Source of the DNA: Candidatus Eiseniibacteriota bacterium
GTDB taxonomy: Bacteria > Eisenbacteria > RBG-16-71-46
Direction: 5' to 3'
Assembly (NCBI GenBank): GCA_031366795.1
Contig: JANLOX010000179.1
Coordinates: 1 to 33,649 of the forward strand
DNA length: 33,649 nt
Shown here: positions 1 to 9,299 of the stretch, in pieces
Layout: each line of letters begins with the position of its first letter
How positions within the stretch are numbered: position 1 is the stretch's first letter
Notes under the pieces: generated by a model
What the model was told of the DNA's origin: nothing
The model's database searches: none
The model's input: only the letters and a program-made list of their open reading frames with translations
Program-made: the position numbers and the translations under genes

Positions 1-193
1 TTCCGATCCACTGCACCGCGATCGCGACAGCGATCGTGACCGCGGCCTGCGCTCCACCGATCTCGAAATGCAGCGCCGTCAGCCCGTAGGCCAGCAGCGA
101 GGACAGCGCCGCGATCTGGTAATTCCTCGGATCGGCCGGTAGCCGTTGAGCGACCGAGCGAGCCTTCTGCTGTAGTGCCAGGACAAGATTCAT
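1..193 (-). CDS. 5' part of a membrane protein, RnfD/NqrB-like family (runs off the window)
   Basis: Manual translation from ATG at 193 gives MNLVLALQQKARSVAQRLPADPRNYQIAALSSLLAYGLTALHFEIGGAQAAVTIAVAIAVQWIG. The DPRxYQI motif followed by hydrophobic helices resembles stand-alone RnfD/NqrB-like proteins. Not in the ORF track because it is truncated. Confidence 0.55.
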   Translation of the reverse strand, partial: MNLVLALQQKARSVAQRLPADPRNYQIAALSSLLAYGLTALHFEIGGAQAAVTIAVAIAVQWIG

Positions 194-377
194 GCGGTGT
201 GTACGCGGGGACCTCCGGTTCTATTCCATCGCAACCGGCAGCGTGTGTGTGACGCGGGTGGGACAGCGCAATCGGCGTGCCGATGCGCGACCGCGCCGGC
301 TGATGTGGCAGCCCGGCTATTCAAGTGATGGCGCGGCGTGGGTTTGGCGCTATCGATGACGCCCCGGACTCGCGCCC

Positions 378-423
378 GAAATACGAAGCGGGTGCCACCT
401 CCCGCTGTGAAGGTGGCACCCGC
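378..423 (-). terminator. Probable rho-independent terminator of the M16 peptidase gene
   Basis: Perfect 13-bp stem GCGGGTGCCACCT (388-400) / AGGTGGCACCCGC (411-423) with a 10-nt loop, followed on the - strand by TTCGTATTT, about 25 nt after the stop at 449. Confidence 0.6.
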
Positions 424-448
424 GTGGGTGACAGCGAAACACCCGTGA

Positions 449-3319
449 CTATTGCGGCAGCGCGTCCACGTCGCCTGCCACGATCACGCTGGCGGACTTT
501 GGCGCGAGGTGTGCGTGCATGGCTTGCAGCACCTGTTCTCGCGTCACGGAGCGCATGCGCCGCGGATACGCATCCAGGTACGCGGGGCCGAATCCGAACC
601 TCTCGGCGATGAGCAGCGCATTCGCGATCCCGGCATTGGTGGCGAGCTGCACCTGGTAGTTGCCGGCGAAGAAGCTCTTCTGTGCTTCGACTTCCTCGGC
701 GGTGGGGCCGTTCGCAGCGTATTCGTCCATCACCTCGCGCGCCGACTTCATCGCCTTTGCCAGGTTTTGCGGCGCGAGCTTGATGTCGGTGATCCAGATG
801 CCATCGAGATCGTCGGTCAACTGGTAGCGCGACCACATCGTGTAGGACAGCCCCTCGGTGTCGCGGATGCGCTTGCCCAGCCGCGCGGTGAGGGCGCTCT
901 GTCCCAGCACGGCGTTGGCAATCAACGCGGCGTCGAAGTCGGGATCGGTGCGGCGAATCCGGCTCGCGTGGCTGTAGGTGAGATCGAGATTCGCCTTGCC
1001 CTTCATGGTGATCAACTCGCGCTGCGGCGCCACCAGTGCTACGCGCTCGGCGGAGTAGCTGGGCTGCTGGCCCTTCGGCAGGCCGCCCAGCAACTGCTCT
1101 ACTTTCGCGATGGTCTCCGCCGGTTTCACGTCGCCGACAATGGCGATGACCATGCCGGCACCGACATAGCGGTCGTGATGGAACGCGCGCAAGTCGGCGA
1201 GGCTCGCGCCCTCGATGCTCGCGAGCATCTCGTTTTTGGTGGCGGCACGATAGGGATGGCCCTGCGGGAAGACGAGTTGCGTCGCCCGGTCGATCGCGCG
1301 CTGCTGTGTATTGTCGTAGGCGCGCAACACGCCCGCGCGCAGCTCGAGCTTGGCCTTCGCCAACTCGGAGTCGGGGAAGGCGGGGTTCGTGAGTTCGTCC
1401 GCGAGTGTTTCGAGCAACAGGTTCAAGTCGCGTGACATCCCGGCGCCGGTCAGCGTCGCATGGTTGGGCCCGTTGTCGATGCTGAGCTGTGCGCCCACGC
1501 CATCCAGCCGTGTGGCGATCGCGCGTTTGTCTGCCGTGCGCGTGCCGCGATTGAGCATGGTCGCGGTGAGCCCCGGGATCGCGGGCTTGCCCGCGGGAGC
1601 CGCCATGCGGCCGGCGCGCACCAATCCCTGGATCGCGACCGTCGGTAGCGCGTGGTTCTCGATAACATCAACGATGATGCCGTTCGCCAGCACGCGGTGC
1701 GTCGTGCGCTGCGCGAAGGTGGGACCGGTGAGGGCGCGCGGGGCCGGGAGCATGGACGGCGCGTGACGGGTGACCGGAACGCGCGGCTTGCTCGCTGTCG
1801 CCACGGCCGGCTTGGCCGCGGTGCTTGCCGCAGCGGCGTCGGGGGCGGGTTTCGCGGCGTCGGCACTCGCGCGCTCGTCCGCGGTCTGCGGCACGAACCA
1901 TCCGACCGTCGCGTGGTCCGGCACGAAGTACTTCGCCGCCACGCGCTGCACATCGGCTGCGGTCACATGGTGAATGGCATCGACGTAGCCCACGAACCAC
2001 TTCCAGTTCGCCGAGGCCACGGCATCCCCTAGGCTCGAGGCGAATTCATAGGTCCCGTCACGCCCACGGATGACCGAGACTTCGATCTGGCTTACGGCGC
2101 GGCGCATTTCGGCATCGGTGACGCCGTTGGTGCCAACTTTGGCCAGCACCTCCTTGATAGCGTCCTCGACGCGCTGGTGCGCGACGCCAGGCGCCACGGT
2201 CGCCTCGACGGTGAAGGGATAGGGGTCGCGCAGCGTGAAGCTCGAGGCGGACACGTTGGTGGCGATCTGCTTCTCGACCAACGCCTGGTGGAGCCGTGAG
2301 TTGACGCCGAATCCGACAATGGCCTGCAGCACGTCGAGCACGATGAAGTCCGGATCGAGCGAGCCGGGGCGCAAGTACGCGAGTTTGACGAGGCCCACCT
2401 GCCCGGGCCGCCGCACGATGACGCGGCGCTCGCCTTCCTGCGGCGGCTCCTGCGTGATCACCTGCGGAATCGGCGCCTTCGAATGCGGGAACGCCCCGAA
2501 CTCGCGCGCGAACATCGTGAGTGCTTCGGTCGTGTCGAAGTCGCCGACGAGAATCGCCGTCGCATTGTCGGGATGGAAGAACTGCTCGTAGTGCTCGCGC
2601 AACTTGGCGGTGGTCACCCCCTCGATGTCCGAGCGATAACCGATCGTCGACCAGTGATAGGGGTGGGCCACGATCGCCGCGCCGATCACCGCTTTGTCGA
2701 GCGCCTCGGACGGGTCGTTCTCGCCGATCTCGTATTCATTGCGCACGACACTCATTTCGGGCTGGCGCTCGGAATCGAGCAGCAGCGCGCGGCCGAGGCG
2801 GTCCGCTTCGATCTTCATCGCCAGCTCGACACGGTCCGAAGGCAAGGTCGAGTAGCCAGTCATGCGATCGAACCACGTGGTCATGTTCGAGGAGCCGAAG
2901 TCTGCGCCAGCTTCCGAGAGCACTTCCTGGAACGTCGGCAGGCCATTCGCCTTGCCGAAGTTCTTGGTGCTCTTGTTGAAGAGCAGGTGCTCGAGTAGGT
3001 GCGCCGAGCCGGTGTTGCCCGGCGCCTCATTGCGCGAGCCGACGTGGTAGACCACTTCGAACGTGATGACCGGTGCGGTGTGGTTCGGCGACAGCAGGAT
3101 GCTCATGCCGTTGGAGCGCAGCCGATATTCGGTGATGGAGCCGTGCGTCTCGAGTTGTTCGATGCCAGCGGGCAGGGCTGTTGCGTGCGGAGTCGCGGTC
3201 GCGCGTGGTTTCGTGCTCGCGTGGGGCGTCGCGGTCGCCGCATGTGACGACGGCACGCCCGCCGGAGCGAGTAGCAGTGCGACGAACAAGCCAAGCGGAA
3301 CTGCGATCCGACGAAGCAT
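449..3319 (-). CDS. Secreted M16 (insulinase/pitrilysin) family zinc peptidase with two fused halves
   Basis: Inverted zinc motif HLLEH, VGSRNE, EMSVVRNEYE and HPY motifs. An Ala/Pro-rich linker leads to a second M16 half that lacks HxxEH. Signal peptide present. Start placed at ATG 3319, which has an AAAGGA RBS (ORF track starts at 3334). Confidence 0.92.
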   Translation of the reverse strand: MLRRIAVPLGLFVALLLAPAGVPSSHAATATPHASTKPRATATPHATALPAGIEQLETHGSITEYRLRSNGMSILLSPNHTAPVITFEVVYHVGSRNEAPGNTGSAHLLEHLLFNKSTKNFGKANGLPTFQEVLSEAGADFGSSNMTTWFDRMTGYSTLPSDRVELAMKIEADRLGRALLLDSERQPEMSVVRNEYEIGENDPSEALDKAVIGAAIVAHPYHWSTIGYRSDIEGVTTAKLREHYEQFFHPDNATAILVGDFDTTEALTMFAREFGAFPHSKAPIPQVITQEPPQEGERRVIVRRPGQVGLVKLAYLRPGSLDPDFIVLDVLQAIVGFGVNSRLHQALVEKQIATNVSASSFTLRDPYPFTVEATVAPGVAHQRVEDAIKEVLAKVGTNGVTDAEMRRAVSQIEVSVIRGRDGTYEFASSLGDAVASANWKWFVGYVDAIHHVTAADVQRVAAKYFVPDHATVGWFVPQTADERASADAAKPAPDAAAASTAAKPAVATASKPRVPVTRHAPSMLPAPRALTGPTFAQRTTHRVLANGIIVDVIENHALPTVAIQGLVRAGRMAAPAGKPAIPGLTATMLNRGTRTADKRAIATRLDGVGAQLSIDNGPNHATLTGAGMSRDLNLLLETLADELTNPAFPDSELAKAKLELRAGVLRAYDNTQQRAIDRATQLVFPQGHPYRAATKNEMLASIEGASLADLRAFHHDRYVGAGMVIAIVGDVKPAETIAKVEQLLGGLPKGQQPSYSAERVALVAPQRELITMKGKANLDLTYSHASRIRRTDPDFDAALIANAVLGQSALTARLGKRIRDTEGLSYTMWSRYQLTDDLDGIWITDIKLAPQNLAKAMKSAREVMDEYAANGPTAEEVEAQKSFFAGNYQVQLATNAGIANALLIAERFGFGPAYLDAYPRRMRSVTREQVLQAMHAHLAPKSASVIVAGDVDALPQ

Positions 3320-3432
3320 CGAATGTCCTTTCATGGCGCGTAAGGGAATGGGGTGCGAATTCTTCTAGGCTAACGCGTCTCAAGCTCGCGCGCATGCGCC
3401 GTCCCGACCAGCGCCGGGCAGGGCGGGACGAG

Positions 3433-3441
3433 TGCTACAAT
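3433..3441 (+). promoter_or_regulatory. Possible extended -10 element (TGnTACAAT) for the DUF480 gene
   Basis: TGCTACAAT about 50 nt upstream of ATG 3490; no clear -35. Confidence 0.3.
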
Positions 3442-3489
3442 GCCGCCCACGCAGCCTCACTTCGCGCAAACGCTGGAGGACCCGCAGTC

Positions 3490-4269
3490 ATGTCCATCTC
3501 CCCGCCCGAAGACGAAGCCGTCCCGGCGCCGCTGTGGAAGCCGCTCACCCCGAACCAGCGGCGCGTGCTGGGCGTCATGATCGAGAAGGCGAAAACGACG
3601 CCTGCGGCCTACCCCATGACGATCAATGCGATTGTGGTGGGTGCGAACCAGAAGAACAATCGCGAGCCGGTGACGAACCTCGAGGACATCGATGTCGAGC
3701 GTTGTATCGAGGAGTTGGGGGAACTGAAGGTCGTGACGGAGTCCCCGCTCGCGAGTCGTGCGGTGAAGTACCTGCATCACGCCTACCAGTGGCTCAAGGT
3801 CGACCGCGCCGAACTCGCGGTGATGACCGAGTTGCTGCTGCGCGGGGAGCAAACGCTGGGCGACCTGCGCGCGCGCGCAGCCAGGATGGAACCGGTCGAC
3901 GATGTCGTAGCGCTCAAAGCGATCGTCGATCGCCTGCTCGCGCGGGGACTGATGATTGAGCTGACGCCACCCGGTCGCGGCCAGATCGTCAGCCACAACC
4001 TGTATCGCGAACCCGAGCTTGCGGCATTGCGCGCGCGGTACAGTGGGCATGCGGCGCCGGCTTTGCGCGATGAATCGCCGCCGCCCTATCTGGCCGGTGC
4101 CAATCCGGAACGTGAAGCCCGGTGGCACCCCTCCGCGAGTGCGACCGGCGCGACGCTTGAGCAGTTCGCGGCGCTCGCCGCGGAAGTCGCGGGGCTGCGC
4201 GAAGAAGTGGCGCGCTTGCGCGAGCAGGTGGCGACACTCGAGACGCGGCTCGGCGAGTCCGCGCGTTGA
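3490..4269 (+). CDS. DUF480 / YceH family winged-helix protein with C-terminal coiled coil
   Basis: RVLGVMIEKAKTTPAAYPMTINAIVVGANQKNNREPV and ELLLRGEQTLGDLRARAARM match DUF480. GGAGG RBS precedes ATG 3490. Confidence 0.85.
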   Translation: MSISPPEDEAVPAPLWKPLTPNQRRVLGVMIEKAKTTPAAYPMTINAIVVGANQKNNREPVTNLEDIDVERCIEELGELKVVTESPLASRAVKYLHHAYQWLKVDRAELAVMTELLLRGEQTLGDLRARAARMEPVDDVVALKAIVDRLLARGLMIELTPPGRGQIVSHNLYREPELAALRARYSGHAAPALRDESPPPYLAGANPEREARWHPSASATGATLEQFAALAAEVAGLREEVARLREQVATLETRLGESAR

Positions 4270-4309
4270 GCGAGGAGCGTCGCGTGAGTCCCGGGCGCCG
4301 CGCGCTGGG

Positions 4310-5809
4310 CTAACGCGCCGTTGGCGCCGCGGACGCCGGGCGCGCGTCAACCGAGGGGCCGCGTTCTGCTGCCGCGGCGAGCGACGCCAGCATGCGCGCG
4401 AAGATGAGCCGGTGGATCGGGTAGAGCGCGTACCAGTAGAGCAGGCCGCCCAACCCCACGGGATCGAACATCGCAGTCTGGCGAAGTGTCGCGCCACCCG
4501 GCCGCGGCACGACCTCGAATTCCAGCCATGCGCGCCCGGGTACTTTCATCTCCGCCGCGAGTCTCAGCCGGTGTCCCGGTTCCATCGATTCAACACGCCA
4601 GAAGTCGACCGCCGCGCCCGGGCGCAATTGCGCCGCGGGAGGGCTGCCGCGCCGCATGCCGACGCCGCCGATCATCAGGTCGATGGCGCCGCGCAGGTGC
4701 CACAGCCAGTCGTAGCCATACCATCCATGCGTGCCGCCGATGCGCGTGACCTGCTGGTAGACGCGCTGTGGCGTGGCGGTCACGTCGCACGAGCGGGCAT
4801 CGAGGATGCGATTGCCGAAGCGCGCGCCGCCCCATTGTTTGGCAGGGCCCGCGGAACACACCGCGTCGAACCAGCGCGTCGCGGCGAATTCGCGATCCTC
4901 ATTGCGGAGTGCTAAGGCGATGGCCGCGGGCATTCCCATAGGGCGGACATTGAAGACGCGCGAGGAGGAGTCGTCAGTCACCACGGTGGCGGTGGTAATG
5001 CTGTCGACGAGCCGGCGCCCGATGCGCGCATACAACGGTGTGACGAGCCCGAGCCATAGGCTCGATAGGCGCGGCGTCAGGAAGGGGACGGGGATCATCA
5101 TGCGCTTGAGACCGCGTTGGCGGGCGTACTCGCGCATCAATTCGCCGTACGACACGCGGTCCGCGCCGCCGATCTCGAACACGCGCGACTCCGCGAGCGG
5201 GATCTCGATCGAGGCCACGAGATATCGCAGTAAGTCGTCGATAGCGATCGGCTGTGTGGGAACGTTGACCCAGCGAGGCGTGATCATGGCGGGGAGCCGC
5301 TCGACGAGCGCGCGGATCATCTCGAACGACAGGCTGCCGGATCCCAGAACGATCGAGGTGCGGAGTTCGACCGTCGGGACACCGGATTCACGTAGGATGC
5401 GCCCCACCTCATGGCGGCTGCGCAGATGCGCGGACAGCTGCGCGTCCTCGCGGGCGAGACCACCGAGATAGATGATCCGCCTCACGCCCTGTGCCGCGGC
5501 GGCAGCGGCGAAGTTGCGCGCGCCGTGTGACTCCTCGGCCTCGAAGTCTGCGCCGGAGCCCATCGCGTGGACCAGGTAGAAGGCGGTGTGGATTCCCCGG
5601 AGGGCATGATCCAGACTGGCCCGATCCAACACGTCCCCGGCGACAATGTCTGTCGCCGGGGAAACGCGTCCACTCAAGAACTCCGGACGTCGTGCAAGGC
5701 AGCGAACCCGCAGCCCCGCGGATTCGAGCAGGGGGAGCAAGCGGCCCCCGACGTAACCGGATACACCGGTCACGAGTACGGTTGCGGGAGAGAGCTCGCC
5801 CTTGGGCAA
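4310..5809 (-). CDS. Atypical SDR/NAD(P)-binding oxidoreductase with C-terminal DUF2867 (YbjT-like)
   Basis: Rossmann motif VTGVSGYVG; YLVHAM, SAHLRSR, GSLSFEMIR; C-terminal GWY..WLW.LRG.ID, DFWRVE and LRLAAEMKVPGRAWLEF. Exact start uncertain (TTG). Confidence 0.88.
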   Translation of the reverse strand: MPKGELSPATVLVTGVSGYVGGRLLPLLESAGLRVRCLARRPEFLSGRVSPATDIVAGDVLDRASLDHALRGIHTAFYLVHAMGSGADFEAEESHGARNFAAAAAAQGVRRIIYLGGLAREDAQLSAHLRSRHEVGRILRESGVPTVELRTSIVLGSGSLSFEMIRALVERLPAMITPRWVNVPTQPIAIDDLLRYLVASIEIPLAESRVFEIGGADRVSYGELMREYARQRGLKRMMIPVPFLTPRLSSLWLGLVTPLYARIGRRLVDSITTATVVTDDSSSRVFNVRPMGMPAAIALALRNEDREFAATRWFDAVCSAGPAKQWGGARFGNRILDARSCDVTATPQRVYQQVTRIGGTHGWYGYDWLWHLRGAIDLMIGGVGMRRGSPPAAQLRPGAAVDFWRVESMEPGHRLRLAAEMKVPGRAWLEFEVVPRPGGATLRQTAMFDPVGLGGLLYWYALYPIHRLIFARMLASLAAAAERGPSVDARPASAAPTAR

Positions 5810-5841
5810 CTTCGCTCCGCCGCTCTCGTCCGGGGCCGGGC

Positions 5842-6069
5842 TCAGTAGGTGGCCACCCAGCGCCGCTGGATCGCCTTCCAGAACAGGCCCTGGTAAATGG
5901 CCGAGACACCGACGAGACCGTAGACCAGCACTCCGATCGCATTCTTGGCGCCGAATCCGCCCGCGCCGCTGATGAAGGCGACGAGGTCAAAGTTGGCGAA
6001 CGCGACGAGTCCCCAATTGAGTCCACCGACGACCAACAGCACGGCGACCAGCACATCGAGCTTCTTCAT
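5842..6069 (-). CDS. DUF378 family small membrane protein
   Basis: LLVVGGLNWGLVAFANFDLVA...VYGLVGVSAIY is the DUF378 pattern. Confidence 0.9.
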   Translation of the reverse strand: MKKLDVLVAVLLVVGGLNWGLVAFANFDLVAFISGAGGFGAKNAIGVLVYGLVGVSAIYQGLFWKAIQRRWVATY

Positions 6070-6138
6070 GAGGCAATCCTTTCAAGTTGGAATCATCATC
6101 GGGCATCACGGCTCTTGCCGCGAGTGCCGACTGGCGAG

Positions 6139-6828
6139 TTAGTTGTTGACGATGATCTGGGCACCGAGGGCCTGGGTGCCCGCGCCGCCGACGAATCCCT
6201 TGGCGAACACCGTATAGATCTTGCCCGCCTGCAGCGTGATGCCTGGCAGCGGCAGCACGACCGTGGAGGTACCCGCGAGTCGCACTTCGAGGTTGTAGGT
6301 CCCCGCATCGAGCGGCGTGAATGCCGTGTATCCTTTGAAGGTTTGGTTGGGGAACACCACCGCGCCACCGGTGACCGCGATATCGACGGCCGGCGCGTTG
6401 GGCGAGAGGTGCACGAAGCGCACGTGCGCCTTGCCCGTTGCGGGCGTCGCCAGGTTATCCGTCAGCACGAGTGGGGCGATCTTCGACACCGAGTCGGTGG
6501 CGAACACGGTGTAGCTGGCGTTGGCGGCAATCGGAAGGTTCGCGTTGATCACCGTGGTGCTGGTGCCCGCGACGTTGACCTTCACGTTGCGCGTTCCCGC
6601 CGTGACCGTCAGGTACGCGGTGTTGTTCGGGTAGGCGAGCCCGCTGCCCGCGACTGCGCCATCCACCAGCAGGTCCACCGCCGGGGCGTTCGGCGAGGCA
6701 TGCACCGTCATGATCCTGCCCTGTGATATGGGCGGCACGGGGTTCTTGTTGTCGTCCTTACAGCTCGTGATGGCAGCGACCGTAAGCAGCGCGGCGGCGG
6801 CGACAGCCATGCGTCCAAACTTCGACAT
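6139..6828 (-). CDS. DUF4397 domain lipoprotein (two tandem repeats)
   Basis: Lipobox-like ITSC; repeated VHASPNAPAVD / FVHLSPNAPAVD motifs; GAGGAGG RBS. Confidence 0.88.
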   Translation of the reverse strand: MSKFGRMAVAAAALLTVAAITSCKDDNKNPVPPISQGRIMTVHASPNAPAVDLLVDGAVAGSGLAYPNNTAYLTVTAGTRNVKVNVAGTSTTVINANLPIAANASYTVFATDSVSKIAPLVLTDNLATPATGKAHVRFVHLSPNAPAVDIAVTGGAVVFPNQTFKGYTAFTPLDAGTYNLEVRLAGTSTVVLPLPGITLQAGKIYTVFAKGFVGGAGTQALGAQIIVNN

Positions 6829-6956
6829 GCAGACCTCCTCAGGGTGTGACCGGGGCAGCAGCCACCGGGTCCGGTCAGGAAAGTGGGGTTAGCCATCCGC
6901 CCGCGGCCACCCGCGAACGTCACTTCCTGATGACCGGGGAGTTCGTCGGGGTGCAT

Positions 6957-6989
6957 TATTTGAACAGTTAACGAACGGATTTTGAACAG
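6957..6989. promoter_or_regulatory. Three tandem 11-bp direct repeats, possible CarH/LitR-type operator
   Basis: TATTTGAACAG / TTAACGAACGG / ATTTTGAACAG in exact 11-bp register, within an AT-rich patch upstream of the DUF4397 gene. Confidence 0.45.
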
Positions 6990-7014
6990 ACCTGACATTC
7001 AGGCCCGTGAGGGC

Positions 7015-7512
7015 CTACTTCCGGCGGACGTAGTTGAGATCGAATGTCGTGACCCACGCGACCCCGTCATCCGTGGATTGCTCGCCGAGTTGGCGGACCT
7101 GGCCGGGGGCGAGGTTGAAGAACGACATGCGCAGCCGCACCGGTTTGCCCTCGGGCCCCTTTTGCTCAGCCAGATAGACCATCGCGCCGTGCTTGTACTG
7201 CCCGTTGGTGTAGTTCGTGAGCGACCCCCTGTCGTCCACCCGATGATCGGCTGCGATGGCATACCGCCAGCGCTGCATAGCCGCATAGCACGCGCCGAGC
7301 TGGTACCACGCACGCGGCAGACCGGGGTCGCGCTTCGTGATGGCCTGGTGGGCCCGCAGGGCGGCCGGCCAATCCTGGCGCGCATACAGCGTATCGGCGT
7401 TCACGGCAGGGGCGCTGGACGCCGCGGGGGCCGCAGCGCTCGAGTTGAATTCAATGGCGACCAGCAGCGAAACGAACAGTGCAACCGAGGCGAAGCCGCG
7501 TGAAGCGCGCAT
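7015..7512 (-). CDS. Secreted hypothetical protein: partial TPR joined to a DUF1579-like C-terminal fragment (possibly internally deleted)
   Basis: Signal peptide; TPR-like AWYQLGACYAAMQRW; C-terminal RMSFF..VRQLGEQSTDDGVAWVTTFDLNYVR. Confidence 0.5.
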   Translation of the reverse strand: MRASRGFASVALFVSLLVAIEFNSSAAAPAASSAPAVNADTLYARQDWPAALRAHQAITKRDPGLPRAWYQLGACYAAMQRWRYAIAADHRVDDRGSLTNYTNGQYKHGAMVYLAEQKGPEGKPVRLRMSFFNLAPGQVRQLGEQSTDDGVAWVTTFDLNYVRRK

Positions 7513-7625
7513 GGATTCTACCTTTCAGCCCGGTCGGCTGGAGCCGTGACCATAGCATGGTGGAAGGACAGGTCACGTCATTCGGCTTGACCCAGCGCAG
7601 TAGGAACGTTAGGAATGGCGATCGT

Positions 7626-8789
7626 ATGAACCTCGACCTCCGCAGGCGCGGCCCGCACGTGGTATTGAGCCTTCTGTTGCTCAGTGCGGTGGCCCTGCGT
7701 GTGAGCCCGGGGCTCACCCTGCCGATGTACGCGGCGCGGACGGGCATGGAGTGCCGCTCCTGCCACTTCGATTCCAATGGCGGCGGCCCGCGCAATTCGG
7801 TGGGTTTCATGTTCGCCAAGCAGCGGCATGACCTCGCGCCCGATCCGGACACCACGTGGGCGCAGCTGCCGGCCACGAATCGCATCGGCGACGCGCTGTT
7901 CGTGGGGACCAACACGCGCACGCTGTACCTCTATTCCCGCCACGACGGCAGCAGCAACACCGATGTGTCTTCGTTCTTCCAGATGCAGGGGGCGCTCGAC
8001 GTCACGCTGCAGCCGCACCCGAATCTCGCGATCGTCATGGTGCGCGACTTCGGCGAGTACTCGGGCGACATCACGCGTGACCTGTACGGGCAGATCCAGG
8101 ACACGGCCGGCCGTTACGTGCTTCGCGTGGGCAGGATTCGCGGCGTCTTCGGACTGCGACAGGATGACCACACGAGCGGCACGCGGGGTGGATTCCTGAA
8201 CGCGACATCGGGCGGCACAGGCGGCTTCCTGCCGTATGACCCGCATGCGGTCGAGACCGGCATGGAGGCGGGTTACTACCCGGGCTCGTTCGCCGTATCG
8301 GCGTCGCTGCAGAATGGCGGAGGTGCGTTCGTCAATCGCGCGCAGGCGGTGGCAGGCAAGCTGTCCTTGGGCGTGCCGGCCGGCCGTGTTGGCCTGTCGA
8401 TCTACGATCGCTACGCCACCAGCACACGCCAGCGCGCGACGCGCTGGAGTGGCTATGGGTTGTTCCGTGTTCCCGGTGTCCCAGATCTCACCTTGCTCGG
8501 CGAGGCCGGATTTGGCACCGACGATCTGGGCAACGGCTCGCATCAGAATCTCGCGGCAGCCTTCGCCGAGGCCGACTATCGCGTGAATCGCCGCGTGCTG
8601 TTGCGCGGCAAGTATGACTTCTCGGACACCTTCCGCAGCCAGCCGGGCAACGCCTCCGAACGCTTCGGGCTCGAGACGGACCTCACGTTGGTGCCCTTCG
8701 CCGACCTGAAGCTGGGCGTCAAGCAGCTCGTTCCCGAGCGGACGCCCAACGAATTCCAGGTGCTCGGCATGGTTCATCTCTACTACTGA
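7626..8789 (+). CDS. Cyc2-like monoheme cytochrome c / outer-membrane beta-barrel fusion
   Basis: Signal peptide, then LPMYAARTGMECRSCH (CxxCH at 7752-7766) and RNSVGFMF. The rest consists of amphipathic beta strands ending in an aromatic C-terminus (MVHLYY). Start placed at ATG 7626. Confidence 0.7.
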   Translation: MNLDLRRRGPHVVLSLLLLSAVALRVSPGLTLPMYAARTGMECRSCHFDSNGGGPRNSVGFMFAKQRHDLAPDPDTTWAQLPATNRIGDALFVGTNTRTLYLYSRHDGSSNTDVSSFFQMQGALDVTLQPHPNLAIVMVRDFGEYSGDITRDLYGQIQDTAGRYVLRVGRIRGVFGLRQDDHTSGTRGGFLNATSGGTGGFLPYDPHAVETGMEAGYYPGSFAVSASLQNGGGAFVNRAQAVAGKLSLGVPAGRVGLSIYDRYATSTRQRATRWSGYGLFRVPGVPDLTLLGEAGFGTDDLGNGSHQNLAAAFAEADYRVNRRVLLRGKYDFSDTFRSQPGNASERFGLETDLTLVPFADLKLGVKQLVPERTPNEFQVLGMVHLYY

Positions 8790-8791
8790 CC

Positions 8792-9241
8792 ATGCCGGCG
8801 CGTTCCCGGACAGCGGCGTGCATTCTCCTCCTGATGGCGGGGTTGTTCACCGCAGGCTGCACCGAGAAGCTCAAGGCGCCGCCGAATGCCCCCGGCGGGC
8901 CGACCGGGCCGCTGTTTACGCCGGATTCGGTGCAGGTGATCTTCGACAATAATTGTGTCGGCTGCCACAGCGGGGGCGCCGACGCCGCTGCGGGGCAGGA
9001 CCTGAGTCCCGACAGCTCCTACCAGATAATCGTCGGCCATTTGTCGATCAAGTGCGCGCCGCTCAATCGCATCGAACCGTTCCATCCGGAACGCAGCTGC
9101 ATGATGGCGCGGATCACGGGACGCGTGACTCCGCGCATGCCGCTCGGGGATCCGGTCGGGCTGTCCGCGGCAGATACCTCCACGATCCACAACTGGATCG
9201 TTGCGGGTGCTCCGGGCGTGAATCGCGCGCCCACGCCTTAG
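8792..9241 (+). CDS. Monoheme cytochrome c lipoprotein (planctomycete cytochrome c-like)
   Basis: Lipobox FTAGC, VQVIFDNNCVGCH, distal RMP and C-terminal I.NWI.AGA; begins 2 nt after the upstream stop. Confidence 0.82.
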   Translation: MPARSRTAACILLLMAGLFTAGCTEKLKAPPNAPGGPTGPLFTPDSVQVIFDNNCVGCHSGGADAAAGQDLSPDSSYQIIVGHLSIKCAPLNRIEPFHPERSCMMARITGRVTPRMPLGDPVGLSAADTSTIHNWIVAGAPGVNRAPTP

Positions 9242-9299
9242 CTGCCTTAGCGCGATCACGCCGTAGCGCGTCCTCAGTACTACCGCACGGTCGTGGATG

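Noticed and set aside
7587..7616. sigma70 promoter for the Cyc2-like gene (TTGACC-N17-TAGGAA)
   Set aside because: The -35 is good but the -10 is poor. No sigma54 box or UAS is seen here either, so co-regulation with cco is not supported by sequence.
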